A DNA stretch of 64,000 nucleotides, from positions 9,183-73,182 of the forward strand of contig CAZQOW010000001.1 in NCBI GenBank assembly GCA_964595045.1, given 5' to 3'. Every line of letters begins with the position of its first letter. Positions within the stretch are counted from its first letter, which is position 1. Under the pieces are notes generated by a model, which was given only the letters and a program-made list of their open reading frames with translations, made no database searches and was not told the DNA's origin. Shown one piece after another: positions 25,893 through 35,993 of this stretch. A program made the position numbers and the translations under genes. The DNA is from an uncultured Pseudomonadota bacterium (GTDB taxonomy: Bacteria; UBA10199; JADFYH01).

Positions 25893-26639
25893 ATGAAACG
25901 TCGACTTGTCGCCTCTCTTGCCTGCCGTAATAATGGATCACGTCTTTATGGCAAGCCACTTCAAAGAATTTTAGAGAATGTTACTATTCTTGACCAAATC
26001 ATCACTGCACTTAAAACATTTCCAGTCATCGATGAAATTGTTCTTGGTGTTTCTGAGGGGATCGACAATGCAGTTTTCGTCGATATTGCTCATGCACACA
26101 ACATTTCGTATATTTATGGAGACCCTACAGATGTTCTCATGAGGCTCATTCAATGTGGAAGATCCGGTAAGGCAACTGATGTTTTTAGAATCACCACCGA
26201 ATGCCCTTGGTTTGCTTATGATTTGTTAAATATAGTTTGGGAAAAACATATCAAACAAAGCAATGATATTACTGTTTGCGATCGCTTGCCAGAAGGGCTT
26301 CACTTTGAAATTTATACTCTAGATGCATTGGAAAAATCCCATCAAAGAGGAACTTCGAAAGACCGTTCGGAGTTCTGCTCTAATTATCCTCGAATGAATC
26401 CAAAAGAATTCAAAATCGATGTAATATTGCCACCCGAAAAATTTCAACGGATGGATCTCCGCGTCACTGTTGATTATCCTGAAGATTTAATCCTCTGCCG
26501 TGAAATTGCAAAAGCCCATCTTGATTACATGCCGCTCATCTCGGTTGAACAGATTATTAGCTTTCTCGATTCAAGACCCGACTTGAAAGATCTCACAAAA
26601 TCTTTTGTCGTGCCCAAACCTCTCTGGGATGTTTTATAA
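25893..26639 (+). CDS. Cytidylyltransferase, SpsF/PseF-like (CTP_transf_3 family), candidate CMP-NulO synthetase
   Basis: ASLACRNNGSRLYGKPLQ matches the (A)RxxSxRLxGK motif, 248 aa. Immediately downstream of a NeuB-like gene. Confidence 0.6.
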   Translation: MKRRLVASLACRNNGSRLYGKPLQRILENVTILDQIITALKTFPVIDEIVLGVSEGIDNAVFVDIAHAHNISYIYGDPTDVLMRLIQCGRSGKATDVFRITTECPWFAYDLLNIVWEKHIKQSNDITVCDRLPEGLHFEIYTLDALEKSHQRGTSKDRSEFCSNYPRMNPKEFKIDVILPPEKFQRMDLRVTVDYPEDLILCREIAKAHLDYMPLISVEQIISFLDSRPDLKDLTKSFVVPKPLWDVL

Positions 26640-26656
26640 TAGAAAAAATCCAATCG

Positions 26657-27709
26657 ATGAACTATTGGGCGCAAAAAAAAGTTTTTAATTTCCCTTTGCC
26701 TGATCGGCTGGATTTAACCTTGCTGCTCAGAGGAATCCTGGCAATTATGGTTGTCTGGTGGCATACGAATGGTTATCGTATCACTAATACTCCGATTGCC
26801 TTCCTAAATATTGCAGGACGAATCTGCGTTTGGGTCTTTTTCATTTTGTCTGGATATACTATTGGTTATGCTTTTGAGAAAAAACGATATCAATTTAATA
26901 CAAAAGAAATTTTCTATTTCTACAAAAATCGACTGGTCCGAATCTATCCCCTTTTGCTTTTCATTACTGTTTTATCATTTTTCATAAATACCCATTTTAG
27001 CCAAGATCCTATCCCGTGGACTAGTTCCCTATTTATGAAAGAATTTTTGATGCTTCAATGGAATCATACCTATTAACTCGTCGGTGTCTTTTGGGCCTTG
27101 GGAGTCAAAATCCAGTTCTATCTCATCGCACCGCTGTTAGCTTTTATCCTCCAAAAAACGGGAAAGTCATTCTCCATGATTGCCCTTACATTTGCTTTCT
27201 TTTTATTCATACCCACTCTGGCAAAGTTTATTTCTCACTATTCGTGGGTCAATCGATCACTGACAGGAAATTTATCTCATTTTTATGCCGGATTTATTTT
27301 AGATTATTTAATAGACAAAATCGCTCCCTCAAAACTTGATACAATATCACCCATCCTTATTATGCCTCGCCTCTCTTATTATTTTATATTCCACTTTATG
27401 GATGTATCAAAAAAACCAGGTTTGTTTTGGGCTTCAGGACCTCTGTCAGTCGATTTAGCAGGAGTCGGACTTTTAACAGCACACGTTTTATGGGATAGAG
27501 AAAAAATTTCTTTAAGTGGGCTAGCATTCATTCTTTCAACCTTAGAGGTATTTTCCTATGGAATCTATGCCTGGCACGGACTTTTGGTGCAATACTCAGA
27601 TTACTGTGAATCTCATTTTTTCGTTACTCTTTTAGCAACAATCATTCTCTCTATTCTTTCTTATTTTTTGATCGAAAAACCGCTATTGTGTTATCGTCGT
27701 TCCACTTAA
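26657..27709 (+). pseudogene. Acyltransferase-3 (OafA-like O-acyltransferase) gene interrupted by a single in-frame TAA at 27074-27076
   Basis: ORFs 26657-27076 and 27098-27709 are in the same frame (both start positions are 2 mod 3). Across the stop the sequence reads ...QWNHTY*LVGVFWALGVKIQFYLIAPLL, i.e. the conserved acyltransferase-3 W.L..E.QFYL motif. The joined product would be 351 aa and multi-TM. Confidence 0.6.
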
Positions 27710-27715
27710 AAAGTT

Positions 27716-29002
27716 ATGATCCACTATACTTCTTCTGAAAAATTACTTGAGCAAGCTCTAAAAACCATTCCGCTCGGTTCTCAAACTTTTAGTAAAAGCA
27801 AAACTCAATTTCCACTGGGTGTCTCCCCATTTTTCTTGAAAAAAGGACGAGGGTCCCATGTATGGGACGTTGATAGAAATGAGTACATCGATTTTATTAA
27901 CGGGCTGGCATCGATTACTCTCGGCTATTTAGATCCTGATGTGACTTCTGCAGTACAAGAGCAATTGCAAGAGGGAGTTATTTTTAGCCTTCCTCATCCC
28001 ATTGAAATTAAGGTTGCGGAAAAAATTTCTGAGATGATTCCTTGTGCTGAGATGGTTCGTTTTGCCAAAAACGGTTCCGATGCGACCGCAGGAGCAGTTC
28101 GGCTCGCCCGAGCTTACACAAACCGCGATCATATTGCTGTTTGCGGCTACCATGGTTGGCAAGATTGGTATATAGGATCAACCACCCGAAACCGTGGAGT
28201 TCCAAAAGCAACCAGGAAGCTGACGCATACTTTCATTTATAACGACATCGAATCTCTTCATCAGTTATTTTCGAATTACCCCGACTTGATCGCCGCTGTT
28301 ATTCTCGAACCGATGAATGTGACAGATCCATTGCCAGGCTTCTTAGAAGAGGTAAAAACACTCACCCATCGCCATGGTACCCTGTTAATCTTTGATGAAA
28401 CGATCACCGGTTTTCGCTTTGCAAATGGAGGGGCACAAGAGCTCTTTAACGTCGTTCCAGATCTGGCGACTTTTGGCAAAGGCTTGGCAAATGGTTATCC
28501 TCTTTCTGCCATCGCTGGACGTGCTGAAATCATGAAACTGATGGAAGAAATCTTTTTTTCATTCACTTTCGGGGGAGAAACATTATCACTCGCAGCGGCC
28601 CTCGCTGTGATGAAGAAATTACAGCAACAACCGGTCATTAAGCATCTTTGGCAGCAAGGAGAAAAACTCATTCATGGGCTTCGGGAAATCATCCAAAAAA
28701 ACAGACTCGAAGAATTTTTAAGCGTTTCCGGAAAACCGTGTTGGTCATTTCTACTCATCAAAGATACCCCAAAATGCAGCTCATCTGAAATCAAGACTCT
28801 TTTGCTGCAAGAAGTTTTCGCCCGAGGGATTCTGACAGTCGGCACGCACAACATGAGTTATGCTCACTCAAATTCAGATATTAGACGGCTAATGGTTGTC
28901 TACGAAGAAGTGATACCGATTCTAAAAAAAGCAATCGATGGTTTCCCTCTTTCAGATCTTTTACGATGCCATCCTCTCGAGCCACTTTTTAAAGTACGAT
29001 GA
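27716..29002 (+). CDS. Class III PLP aminotransferase, glutamate-1-semialdehyde aminomutase-like
   Basis: FAKNGSDATAGAVRLARAYT, LIFDETITGFRF, TFGKGLANGYP, 428 aa. Confidence 0.75.
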   Translation: MIHYTSSEKLLEQALKTIPLGSQTFSKSKTQFPLGVSPFFLKKGRGSHVWDVDRNEYIDFINGLASITLGYLDPDVTSAVQEQLQEGVIFSLPHPIEIKVAEKISEMIPCAEMVRFAKNGSDATAGAVRLARAYTNRDHIAVCGYHGWQDWYIGSTTRNRGVPKATRKLTHTFIYNDIESLHQLFSNYPDLIAAVILEPMNVTDPLPGFLEEVKTLTHRHGTLLIFDETITGFRFANGGAQELFNVVPDLATFGKGLANGYPLSAIAGRAEIMKLMEEIFFSFTFGGETLSLAAALAVMKKLQQQPVIKHLWQQGEKLIHGLREIIQKNRLEEFLSVSGKPCWSFLLIKDTPKCSSSEIKTLLLQEVFARGILTVGTHNMSYAHSNSDIRRLMVVYEEVIPILKKAIDGFPLSDLLRCHPLEPLFKVR

Positions 29003-29478
29003 CAAAACTTACTTTAAGACTCGCCTCAGGCGATGATGCAAAACTCTTGTGGGAATGGGCGAATGATCCAGAGACGCGCAAATTCTCCTTTTCGAGCGCG
29101 CCAATTGCTTGGCAAACTCATCAAACATGGCTCGCATCGAAATTGAGCAACCCATCTTATTTTTTTCGAATCGCTCTTGATGCCTCTGAAGTACCGATCG
29201 GATATATTCGTTGTGAAAAAAAAGAAAATAGAGGTCTAATTTCAGTCAGTGTCAGCCCACTCATGCGGAGAGAAGGATATGGCAGCAGAATCATTCAATT
29301 GGCAACTCAAGTGATCTTTAAAGAAATGAATGTCGAAATGATTCATGCTTATATTAAAAAAGAGAACCAAGCTTCTCAAAAGACTTTCGAAAAAGCCGGC
29401 TTCCAATACGAAGGGATTGTCGTTCTGGAACAGCATCAAGCTCTTCAATTTACATATCAAAGGAATCAGACCTTATGA
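28999..29478 (+). CDS. pseH: GNAT N-acetyltransferase (PseH-like)
   Basis: 159 aa GNAT fold (RREGYGSRII..., KENQASQKTFEKAGF). Sits between an aminotransferase and pseI. Confidence 0.55.
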   Translation: MTKLTLRLASGDDAKLLWEWANDPETRKFSFSSAPIAWQTHQTWLASKLSNPSYFFRIALDASEVPIGYIRCEKKENRGLISVSVSPLMRREGYGSRIIQLATQVIFKEMNVEMIHAYIKKENQASQKTFEKAGFQYEGIVVLEQHQALQFTYQRNQTL

Positions 29479-30524
29479 ATGAAATCACTATTGGTAAAAA
29501 AAAGATTGGGCCTGCTCATCCGGTCTATATCATTGCAGAAATCTCGGCAAATCATCATCAAAATTTCGATCAGGCGGTAGAGTTAATCAAAGCCTCTAAA
29601 GAAGCGGGGGTCGATGCTGTCAAATTACAAACCTATACCGCCGAAACGATCACACTCGATTCAAATAAAAAGCATTTTCAGATTAAAGGGAAAACCCTTT
29701 GGGATGGGCAGCGACTTTATGATCTATATAAAGATGCATATACTCCCTGGGAATGGCAACCGCGTTTAAAAGTAATTGCAGAACAGATCGGTCTCGATCT
29801 TTTTTCTTCTGCTTTCGATTCAACCGCGGTCGATTTTTTAGAAGGAATGAATATTCCGGCGCACAAGATAAGCTCATTTGAGATTGTTGATCTTCCACTC
29901 ATTGAAAAAATGGCAAAAACCAAAAAACCGCTTATCATTTCAACAGGAATGGCAACTTTAGAAGAAATTTCTGAAGCAGTGAGCACCGCTCGTTCTGCCG
30001 GGGCTGATCAAATCGCTCTTCTCAAATGTACCAGCGCGTATCCCGCTCCACCCGACTCGATGAGGCTCCGAACAATTCCGCATTTGTCAGAAACCTTTCA
30101 AATTCCAATAGGCCTTTCCGACCATACGCTGGGAGTCATTGTTCCAGTCGCCGCAGTCGCGATGGGGGCGTGTATTATTGAAAAACATATCACTTTATCC
30201 ACAAATATTTCGGGTCCTGACAGTGCCTTCTCACTCGAACCGGATGAATTCAAACAAATGGTGGAAAGTGTGCGAATAACCGAACAAGCTTTGGGAAAAG
30301 TTCATTATGGAAGAAGTGAACAAGAGGAAAAAAACCATCTTTTTCGGCGATCACTCTTTATCGTGAAAGATGTGAAGTTGGGTGAAACTCTTACAGAAGA
30401 GAATATTCGCTCTATTCGACCGGGGCATGGCCTTTCTCCAAAGCATTTTAAAGAAATCATCGGACGAAAGGCGACTCAAGATATTCCCGCCGGAACCCCT
30501 CTCGACTGGAGCCTTGTTCAATGA
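29475..30524 (+). CDS. pseI: Pseudaminic acid synthase (NeuB family with C-terminal SAF domain)
   Basis: YIIAEISANHHQNFDQAVELIKASKEAGVDAVKLQTY, the PseI-type N-terminal signature. SAF domain present (LFIVKDVKLGETLTEENIRSIRPG), 349 aa. Followed by a PseG-like gene. Confidence 0.8.
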   Translation: MNEITIGKKKIGPAHPVYIIAEISANHHQNFDQAVELIKASKEAGVDAVKLQTYTAETITLDSNKKHFQIKGKTLWDGQRLYDLYKDAYTPWEWQPRLKVIAEQIGLDLFSSAFDSTAVDFLEGMNIPAHKISSFEIVDLPLIEKMAKTKKPLIISTGMATLEEISEAVSTARSAGADQIALLKCTSAYPAPPDSMRLRTIPHLSETFQIPIGLSDHTLGVIVPVAAVAMGACIIEKHITLSTNISGPDSAFSLEPDEFKQMVESVRITEQALGKVHYGRSEQEEKNHLFRRSLFIVKDVKLGETLTEENIRSIRPGHGLSPKHFKEIIGRKATQDIPAGTPLDWSLVQ

Positions 30525-31624
30525 ACATTACTATCCGTGTTGATGCATCTTCTCTCATGGGCTCAGGACACGTGATGCGTTGTATTGCACTGGGGGATAC
30601 TTTCGCCGAGAACGGATCAGAAGTATCTTTTATCTGCCGCGAGCTTGAAGGGCATCTTTGCGACTTCATGGAAAACCGAGGATTAAAGGTCTATCGTCTA
30701 CCCCCTCCAAAAAAAACATTATCGAAAGAGATCGGTTCTATACGTCATAAAGACTGGTTAGGAGTCCCTTTGGAAGAAGACTGCATGCAAACCGAGGAGA
30801 TTTTAAGAACGATTCCAACACCCGATTGGTTAATTCTCGATCATTATGCGCTCGATGTTAAATGGGAAAACTTTGTACGGCGGTATGTTAGAAAAATTCT
30901 GGTGATCGATGATCTCGCTGATAGAGCACATGACTGCGACATCCTTCTCGACCAAAACGTCTCTGAGTCACATGCGAATATCTACCAACAGCTCACTCCA
31001 AAGAATTGCGAAATCATACTCGGTCCTCGCTACTCTCTTCTACGTTCAGAATTTCGTAAAAAGCGTTCAACGATGCGCCAACGAGATGGAAAAATAAAAA
31101 GAATTCTTATCTCATTCGGAATGATTGATCAAACGAATGAAACTTTTAAAACGCTCAAAGTAATCGAATCTCTTCAAGAAAAAAACTTCAGTTGTGACGT
31201 TGTTGTCGGTCAACAAAATTGGCACAAAAACGAGATCGAGAATTTTTGCAAACAGTTGCCACACACCCGTTTTCACTTTCAAGTTGACTATCTCTCTGAA
31301 TTAATTGCTGCTGCGGATCTAGCGATTGGAGCATCCGGATCTACCCATTGGGAACGTTGTTGTCTCGGCTTACCTTCTCTTCTTATTTCCGTCGCTTTCA
31401 ATCAGGAATCAATTGGTAAAACATCTCAAGAAAATGGGACTGGTATTTATCTCGGCACTTCCGAAGAAGTAACCTCTGAAAGAATCGCAAATGAGATAAA
31501 AAACCTTTTTACTGATTCAAAGCGAATGCTTGACTTATCTCGTAATGCCAAAGCGATCGTAGACGGTGAAGGAGCTTTACGTGTTTATGATAGAATGTTA
31601 AAAAAAATAACTACAAAATTATAA
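30521..31624 (+). CDS. pseG: PseG-like UDP-sugar hydrolase (GT-B, UDP-2,4-diacetamido-2,4,6-trideoxy-L-altropyranose hydrolase family)
   Basis: N-terminal ITIRVDASSLMGSGHVMRCIALGDTF, the PseG S..GxGH.mR motif, 367 aa. Confidence 0.7.
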   Translation: MNITIRVDASSLMGSGHVMRCIALGDTFAENGSEVSFICRELEGHLCDFMENRGLKVYRLPPPKKTLSKEIGSIRHKDWLGVPLEEDCMQTEEILRTIPTPDWLILDHYALDVKWENFVRRYVRKILVIDDLADRAHDCDILLDQNVSESHANIYQQLTPKNCEIILGPRYSLLRSEFRKKRSTMRQRDGKIKRILISFGMIDQTNETFKTLKVIESLQEKNFSCDVVVGQQNWHKNEIENFCKQLPHTRFHFQVDYLSELIAAADLAIGASGSTHWERCCLGLPSLLISVAFNQESIGKTSQENGTGIYLGTSEEVTSERIANEIKNLFTDSKRMLDLSRNAKAIVDGEGALRVYDRMLKKITTKL

Positions 31625-31635
31625 CGTATAAAAAA

Positions 31636-32193
31636 ATGATAACAAATGATCACTTAATATTCAGAGGCGGCCATCTTCGTGTTTTAAGAGAAGAAGATGT
31701 TCATCAAAGATACGTAGATGGGCTCAATAACTCCCTCGTTAATCGCTATCTTGGTAACGTAAAAAAAACGACGCAAACTCTAGAAACTGTCTCTCAATTT
31801 GTTAAACAAAACCTACAAGATCCACATGGTATCTTGTTTGGAGTTTGGCCAGACAACTCAAAGAACCACTGTGGCACCGTTCGATTACATAGTATTGATG
31901 ATTATCATTTAACAGCGAATATTGGGATTTGTATTTTCGAAACTGACTTTTGGGGACAGGGCATCGGAACCAAATCTATTCAGATCATTACGCAATGGGG
32001 AATAGACACTTTAAAACTTCGCTGGATTGAATCAGGAATTTATATCGACAATAAAGCATCGCAAAAAGCATTCTTAGCTGCCAACTACAAATGGATATGT
32101 GATTTAGAAGGGAAGCATCTCTTCGATGGCTTACCAACTATTACTCGTATTTATGCAGCCCGCAATAATTATTGTGAAAAAAAAACATCCTAA
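31636..32193 (+). CDS. GNAT-family N-acetyltransferase (RimL/PseH-like), second copy
   Basis: 185 aa. LRVLREEDVHQRYVDGLNN then GQGIGTKSIQIITQWGID, an acetyl-CoA binding pattern. Confidence 0.55.
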   Translation: MITNDHLIFRGGHLRVLREEDVHQRYVDGLNNSLVNRYLGNVKKTTQTLETVSQFVKQNLQDPHGILFGVWPDNSKNHCGTVRLHSIDDYHLTANIGICIFETDFWGQGIGTKSIQIITQWGIDTLKLRWIESGIYIDNKASQKAFLAANYKWICDLEGKHLFDGLPTITRIYAARNNYCEKKTS

Positions 32194-34069
32194 AGCTCTT
32201 ATCGTATTACGACTACATCCTTTAAATTTCCCTTTGATTTTAATTGGAAGTTTTTTTTTCAATATTGTCTATTGGAAATCAGAAAAAATTCCAGAATCGT
32301 GGCTTAAGAGATTCGAAGTCATAGATCCTGAAGATTACTTTACATACGAAGAATGGATAGAGGTCACTGCTCAAGCCCAGAAGAGTTGGAAAATAAAGAT
32401 TGAACCATGGAACGACAAAACCTCTTTTTTATGGAAACAAATTAATATTACGGTTGATTTCAGTAATACATGGCTACAATGGCTTGGAATATACTTTGAA
32501 GAGTACTTTTTTTTTCTCCATTTATCTAAACGTTGGATCGAGAAAGCTATTAGCATTAAAGCAGTCAAATTCGCTGATTTGATGATATTTGACTTAGCCT
32601 CCGACTTAAAATACATAGTTTCAGCTTCTTCCCTCAGCATCATAAAAATTTTCTACTATCTCGATTTGGCATGGCAATGGTCTCTTGCTTTAATATTTTG
32701 CTTTCGCCAACTTGGAAGGCTTATTCAAAGGAGAGACAAATCTGTAAATACTAGAGAAACATACCGTTACCTATGGACTGGAATCAGCCCACAAGAAGCA
32801 GCTAGCGAACCGAACCAACTCGATTTTGCATTTCTTGTTGAAAGAGGAATAATAAACTCTAAAGATTGTCTTTTCATCCTAGCCAAACAACCATCAAATA
32901 CGACTATCAGTTATCTTAGTAAAAGAAATATCCATTGGACCACCACTCAAGACATTGGGAAATGGCTTAACATTCGAGAACGAGTTCTAGCACTTCTTGG
33001 ACTTTTCAAAACTCTATTGCATGGATGTTTTTTGAGAAAGAAACAGATTCATACCCCCCTTATCTTGCAGTTTTGCTTTAATACCCAATCATGGATTTTT
33101 TTCATAAAAAAAATCAAACCGGAAATCTATTTTTCTACTGTGAGTGAATCCTGGCCTGAACGTCCTGAGGTGTCTGTTATAAACGCTTTAGGTGTCAATA
33201 CAGTGAACTGGTTTTATTCGGCAAATATATTTTCGTATTCTCAGACAAATCCTGCCTTTGAAGATCTCGGTATCTTGAGAAGTATTTCTGTCGCACGAGA
33301 AATATGGGTTTGGAACGAAACAGTCGCTCAGTGGTTTAATTTAAGAAATATTCAACCAAAACCTGATCAACCAAAAATCAAAGTCACAGGACCCATAATG
33401 TGCGGAAATTCCCAATGGCTAAAAAAAACCCCAGCTGATGTTCGAAGCTCTTATGGAATTAAATCAGAAAAAACGACAAAATTTATTGCCGTATTTGATG
33501 TGCCTACCATTACTAGAGCATACCGGATTAAAATAGGTCATGGCCCATCTCTTTACCCCTTAAAGATGCTCGAACAATTTTTTGATGATCTCTGTAACCT
33601 CTTAGATGCTTTCGAAAATGTAAACTTGATTATAAAACCTAAAAGATCATTAGAAGATCCCCAAAGAGACTATTCAAAAGGAATGTGGCGCCTCATAAAT
33701 CCGACGGGACATTATCAAGAAAGAAAAAAAATCACTCTTCTCCCACATAATATTGATCCGTATTTACCGATCGCCATGTCAGACTTCTGTGTAGGTCTCC
33801 CCTTTACCTCTCCAGTTCTTGTCGGTCTAAGCAGTGGCAGAGATGGTCTTTTTCATGACCCACTTTCTTGTGTAAATTATTTTTATCCTAAGGAAATAAC
33901 CCCCTTGATTACTCATGGAAAAAAAGAGTTTTTAGAACGAATCGATCAATGGATGAAGGGGAACAAAATCAAAATACGCAACCAATCAGTTGCAGAAGCT
34001 TACTGTGGCTCTTCGGTTGATCCTGCAATACAATTTGCAACTCTTGCCTTATCAAACCCCAGTAATTAA
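32126..34069 (+). CDS. Uncharacterized large protein with GT-B-like C-terminal half. Candidate CMP-NulO/Kdo-type transferase. Start uncertain.
   Basis: C-terminal NLIIKPKRS...KITLLPHNIDPYLPIAMSDFCVGLPFTSPVLVGLSSGRDGLF looks like a GT-B nucleotide-sugar-binding domain. The 5' end overlaps the GNAT gene by 68 nt in another frame, so the true start is likely downstream. Confidence 0.4.
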   Translation: MAYQLLLVFMQPAIIIVKKKHPKALIVLRLHPLNFPLILIGSFFFNIVYWKSEKIPESWLKRFEVIDPEDYFTYEEWIEVTAQAQKSWKIKIEPWNDKTSFLWKQINITVDFSNTWLQWLGIYFEEYFFFLHLSKRWIEKAISIKAVKFADLMIFDLASDLKYIVSASSLSIIKIFYYLDLAWQWSLALIFCFRQLGRLIQRRDKSVNTRETYRYLWTGISPQEAASEPNQLDFAFLVERGIINSKDCLFILAKQPSNTTISYLSKRNIHWTTTQDIGKWLNIRERVLALLGLFKTLLHGCFLRKKQIHTPLILQFCFNTQSWIFFIKKIKPEIYFSTVSESWPERPEVSVINALGVNTVNWFYSANIFSYSQTNPAFEDLGILRSISVAREIWVWNETVAQWFNLRNIQPKPDQPKIKVTGPIMCGNSQWLKKTPADVRSSYGIKSEKTTKFIAVFDVPTITRAYRIKIGHGPSLYPLKMLEQFFDDLCNLLDAFENVNLIIKPKRSLEDPQRDYSKGMWRLINPTGHYQERKKITLLPHNIDPYLPIAMSDFCVGLPFTSPVLVGLSSGRDGLFHDPLSCVNYFYPKEITPLITHGKKEFLERIDQWMKGNKIKIRNQSVAEAYCGSSVDPAIQFATLALSNPSN

Positions 34070-34074
34070 ATTGA

Positions 34075-35829
34075 TTGGAAAAAAATGTGTCTACCTTTAA
34101 AATTAAATCCTCTCTAGCTAAATTTAAAAAATGGCTGTCCATCAAACATCTTAAAAAAACTTATCTCTTTTTAGGGTCTCGTGTCATTTACTATCTGAGT
34201 GGAAGCGGAATTGCTGGACTACTCCTTTTTTTAACTGAAGCAGCATTTGCACTCGGGTTACAACTTTTTCTTCTAGCTCTCGGAATTGCATCTCCTCAAA
34301 CTGTCAAGCTTCCAAACTGGCTAACTGGATTGGGATTTTATCAGGTGATTGGACTTGTCTTTTCGATCGGTGTATTTCGAGCGTTACTACTCTGGTTTCA
34401 AACTTATCTGCAAATGGCCTCTATGGAGGAGCTTAAATATCTTATTCGAACTCGAATATTATCTTGGGCTTTTCATGCTAAGTCAGTAAGTGCTACCCAG
34501 GTAACCTCGATCTTTAATGAGAGATGTAATATAGCAGCAGGTGCTATAGGAAATTTTCAAGGTTTAATTGTAAAAGTAATCGCCGGGATCTGCATCCTCA
34601 TCAATCTGTTCATTCTTTCCCCTTTCACAACCATAGTCACTAGTATCGCTTTTCTCTGTTTAGGACTAATTGCCACTCAGATGAGCCGTAAAATTACGAA
34701 TGCTGGCTCTAATCTTAAAAAGGAATGGGATAGAACAAATCGAGGACTTCTTAATAGTATTAAAAATTTACTGCTCATGCAAATCTATGGAACACAATCC
34801 ATGGAAGAAGCGAAAGCGCAGAAAAGTCTAAGAACCTATCGTGATCATATTATGAATCATTTTTATAAAGCTGGTTTCAATTCTGCTATTCCACAGATTG
34901 GAGGAATTGCAATGATCTGCGCCATTGCCCTTACTTACAGATCCCACTACGGAATTGCCCCGGCTGCTTTGGTTTCTTATCTTTATCTTTTTTTGCGACT
35001 AGCTCAAAATTTTTCAGAAAGTGTTCACAATGGCTCAAACCTACTGTTTTATTGGCCTCAATTTATTGAGATTGGACAATGGTGGAATCAAACTCTTTCA
35101 TCGGATGAGCATGACCCATTACCAGTCGTACAAAAATATGATTTTCAAATTAAAAATATTTCTCAACCTTTAGGTTGGATGATCAAAAATGTTCAATATA
35201 GCTACCCCGCTACAAACCACTCTGCTATTAAGCAATTTAATCTACATTTAGCCCCAGGTAAAACTCTTGTGATTACTGGTCCTTCTGGCTCAGGGAAAAG
35301 CACTATTTTGGGATTAATGCTCGGAATTCTTTCTCCTCAAATAGGAGAAGTAAATATTTTATTTGGAGAAACTTCGTATCCCATAGAGAGTGTAAAACCA
35401 ATCCTTCTAAAAAATATTGGCTATGTAGGAGCTGAAAGCTTTCTTTTGGAAGGAACAATTTATGATAATATTATTTATGGATTGAGTACTATCCCTACCG
35501 AAGCTGAAATTCATGAGGCACTCAAACTATCTGAATGTGATTTTATTTACAACTTTCCCAAACAGCTCAATCATAAAATCACAGAACAAGGTCATGGGTT
35601 ATCTGCGGGGCAAAAGCAACGACTTTCTCTAGCAAGAGCATTTCTTAGAAAACCAAAAATTCTATTTCTAGATGAAGCGACTGCAAATCTAGATTCAAAA
35701 ACTGAAATGAAGTTGGTGACCACTCTAGGTCTTTCAAAAGGTAAAATGACAATTATTGCTGCTACGCATCGAAGTGCAATGCTTACCATCGCTGATGTTC
35801 AATTAAAGTTAGATAAGAGTGATGAATAG
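34075..35829 (+). CDS. ABC exporter, fused permease + ATPase (MsbA/PglK-type half-transporter). Candidate lipid-linked oligosaccharide flippase.
   Basis: Six predicted TM helices. Walker A GPSGSGKST, ABC signature LSAGQKQRLSLARAF, Walker B ILFLDEATANLD, 584 aa. Confidence 0.85.
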   Translation: MEKNVSTFKIKSSLAKFKKWLSIKHLKKTYLFLGSRVIYYLSGSGIAGLLLFLTEAAFALGLQLFLLALGIASPQTVKLPNWLTGLGFYQVIGLVFSIGVFRALLLWFQTYLQMASMEELKYLIRTRILSWAFHAKSVSATQVTSIFNERCNIAAGAIGNFQGLIVKVIAGICILINLFILSPFTTIVTSIAFLCLGLIATQMSRKITNAGSNLKKEWDRTNRGLLNSIKNLLLMQIYGTQSMEEAKAQKSLRTYRDHIMNHFYKAGFNSAIPQIGGIAMICAIALTYRSHYGIAPAALVSYLYLFLRLAQNFSESVHNGSNLLFYWPQFIEIGQWWNQTLSSDEHDPLPVVQKYDFQIKNISQPLGWMIKNVQYSYPATNHSAIKQFNLHLAPGKTLVITGPSGSGKSTILGLMLGILSPQIGEVNILFGETSYPIESVKPILLKNIGYVGAESFLLEGTIYDNIIYGLSTIPTEAEIHEALKLSECDFIYNFPKQLNHKITEQGHGLSAGQKQRLSLARAFLRKPKILFLDEATANLDSKTEMKLVTTLGLSKGKMTIIAATHRSAMLTIADVQLKLDKSDE

Positions 35830-35993
35830 AAAAATAGTAGCCAATCATTAACCGAAGTTTTAAGTTAACTTTGTATCTGGAACGTCTTGAGACTATCCTA
35901 TGATATTTCCGAAATCAGCTTAAGGCTATTGAGAAAAAAACGATGTTCAATTCAACTTTCCGCTATTACAGAAAACACATATTTGGATAAACA

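Noticed and set aside
27058-27339. 93-aa ORF bridging the two halves of the acyltransferase-3 gene in another frame
   Set aside because: It is out of frame with both conserved halves and has no family resemblance. The in-frame TAA explanation accounts for the region without invoking a frameshift.
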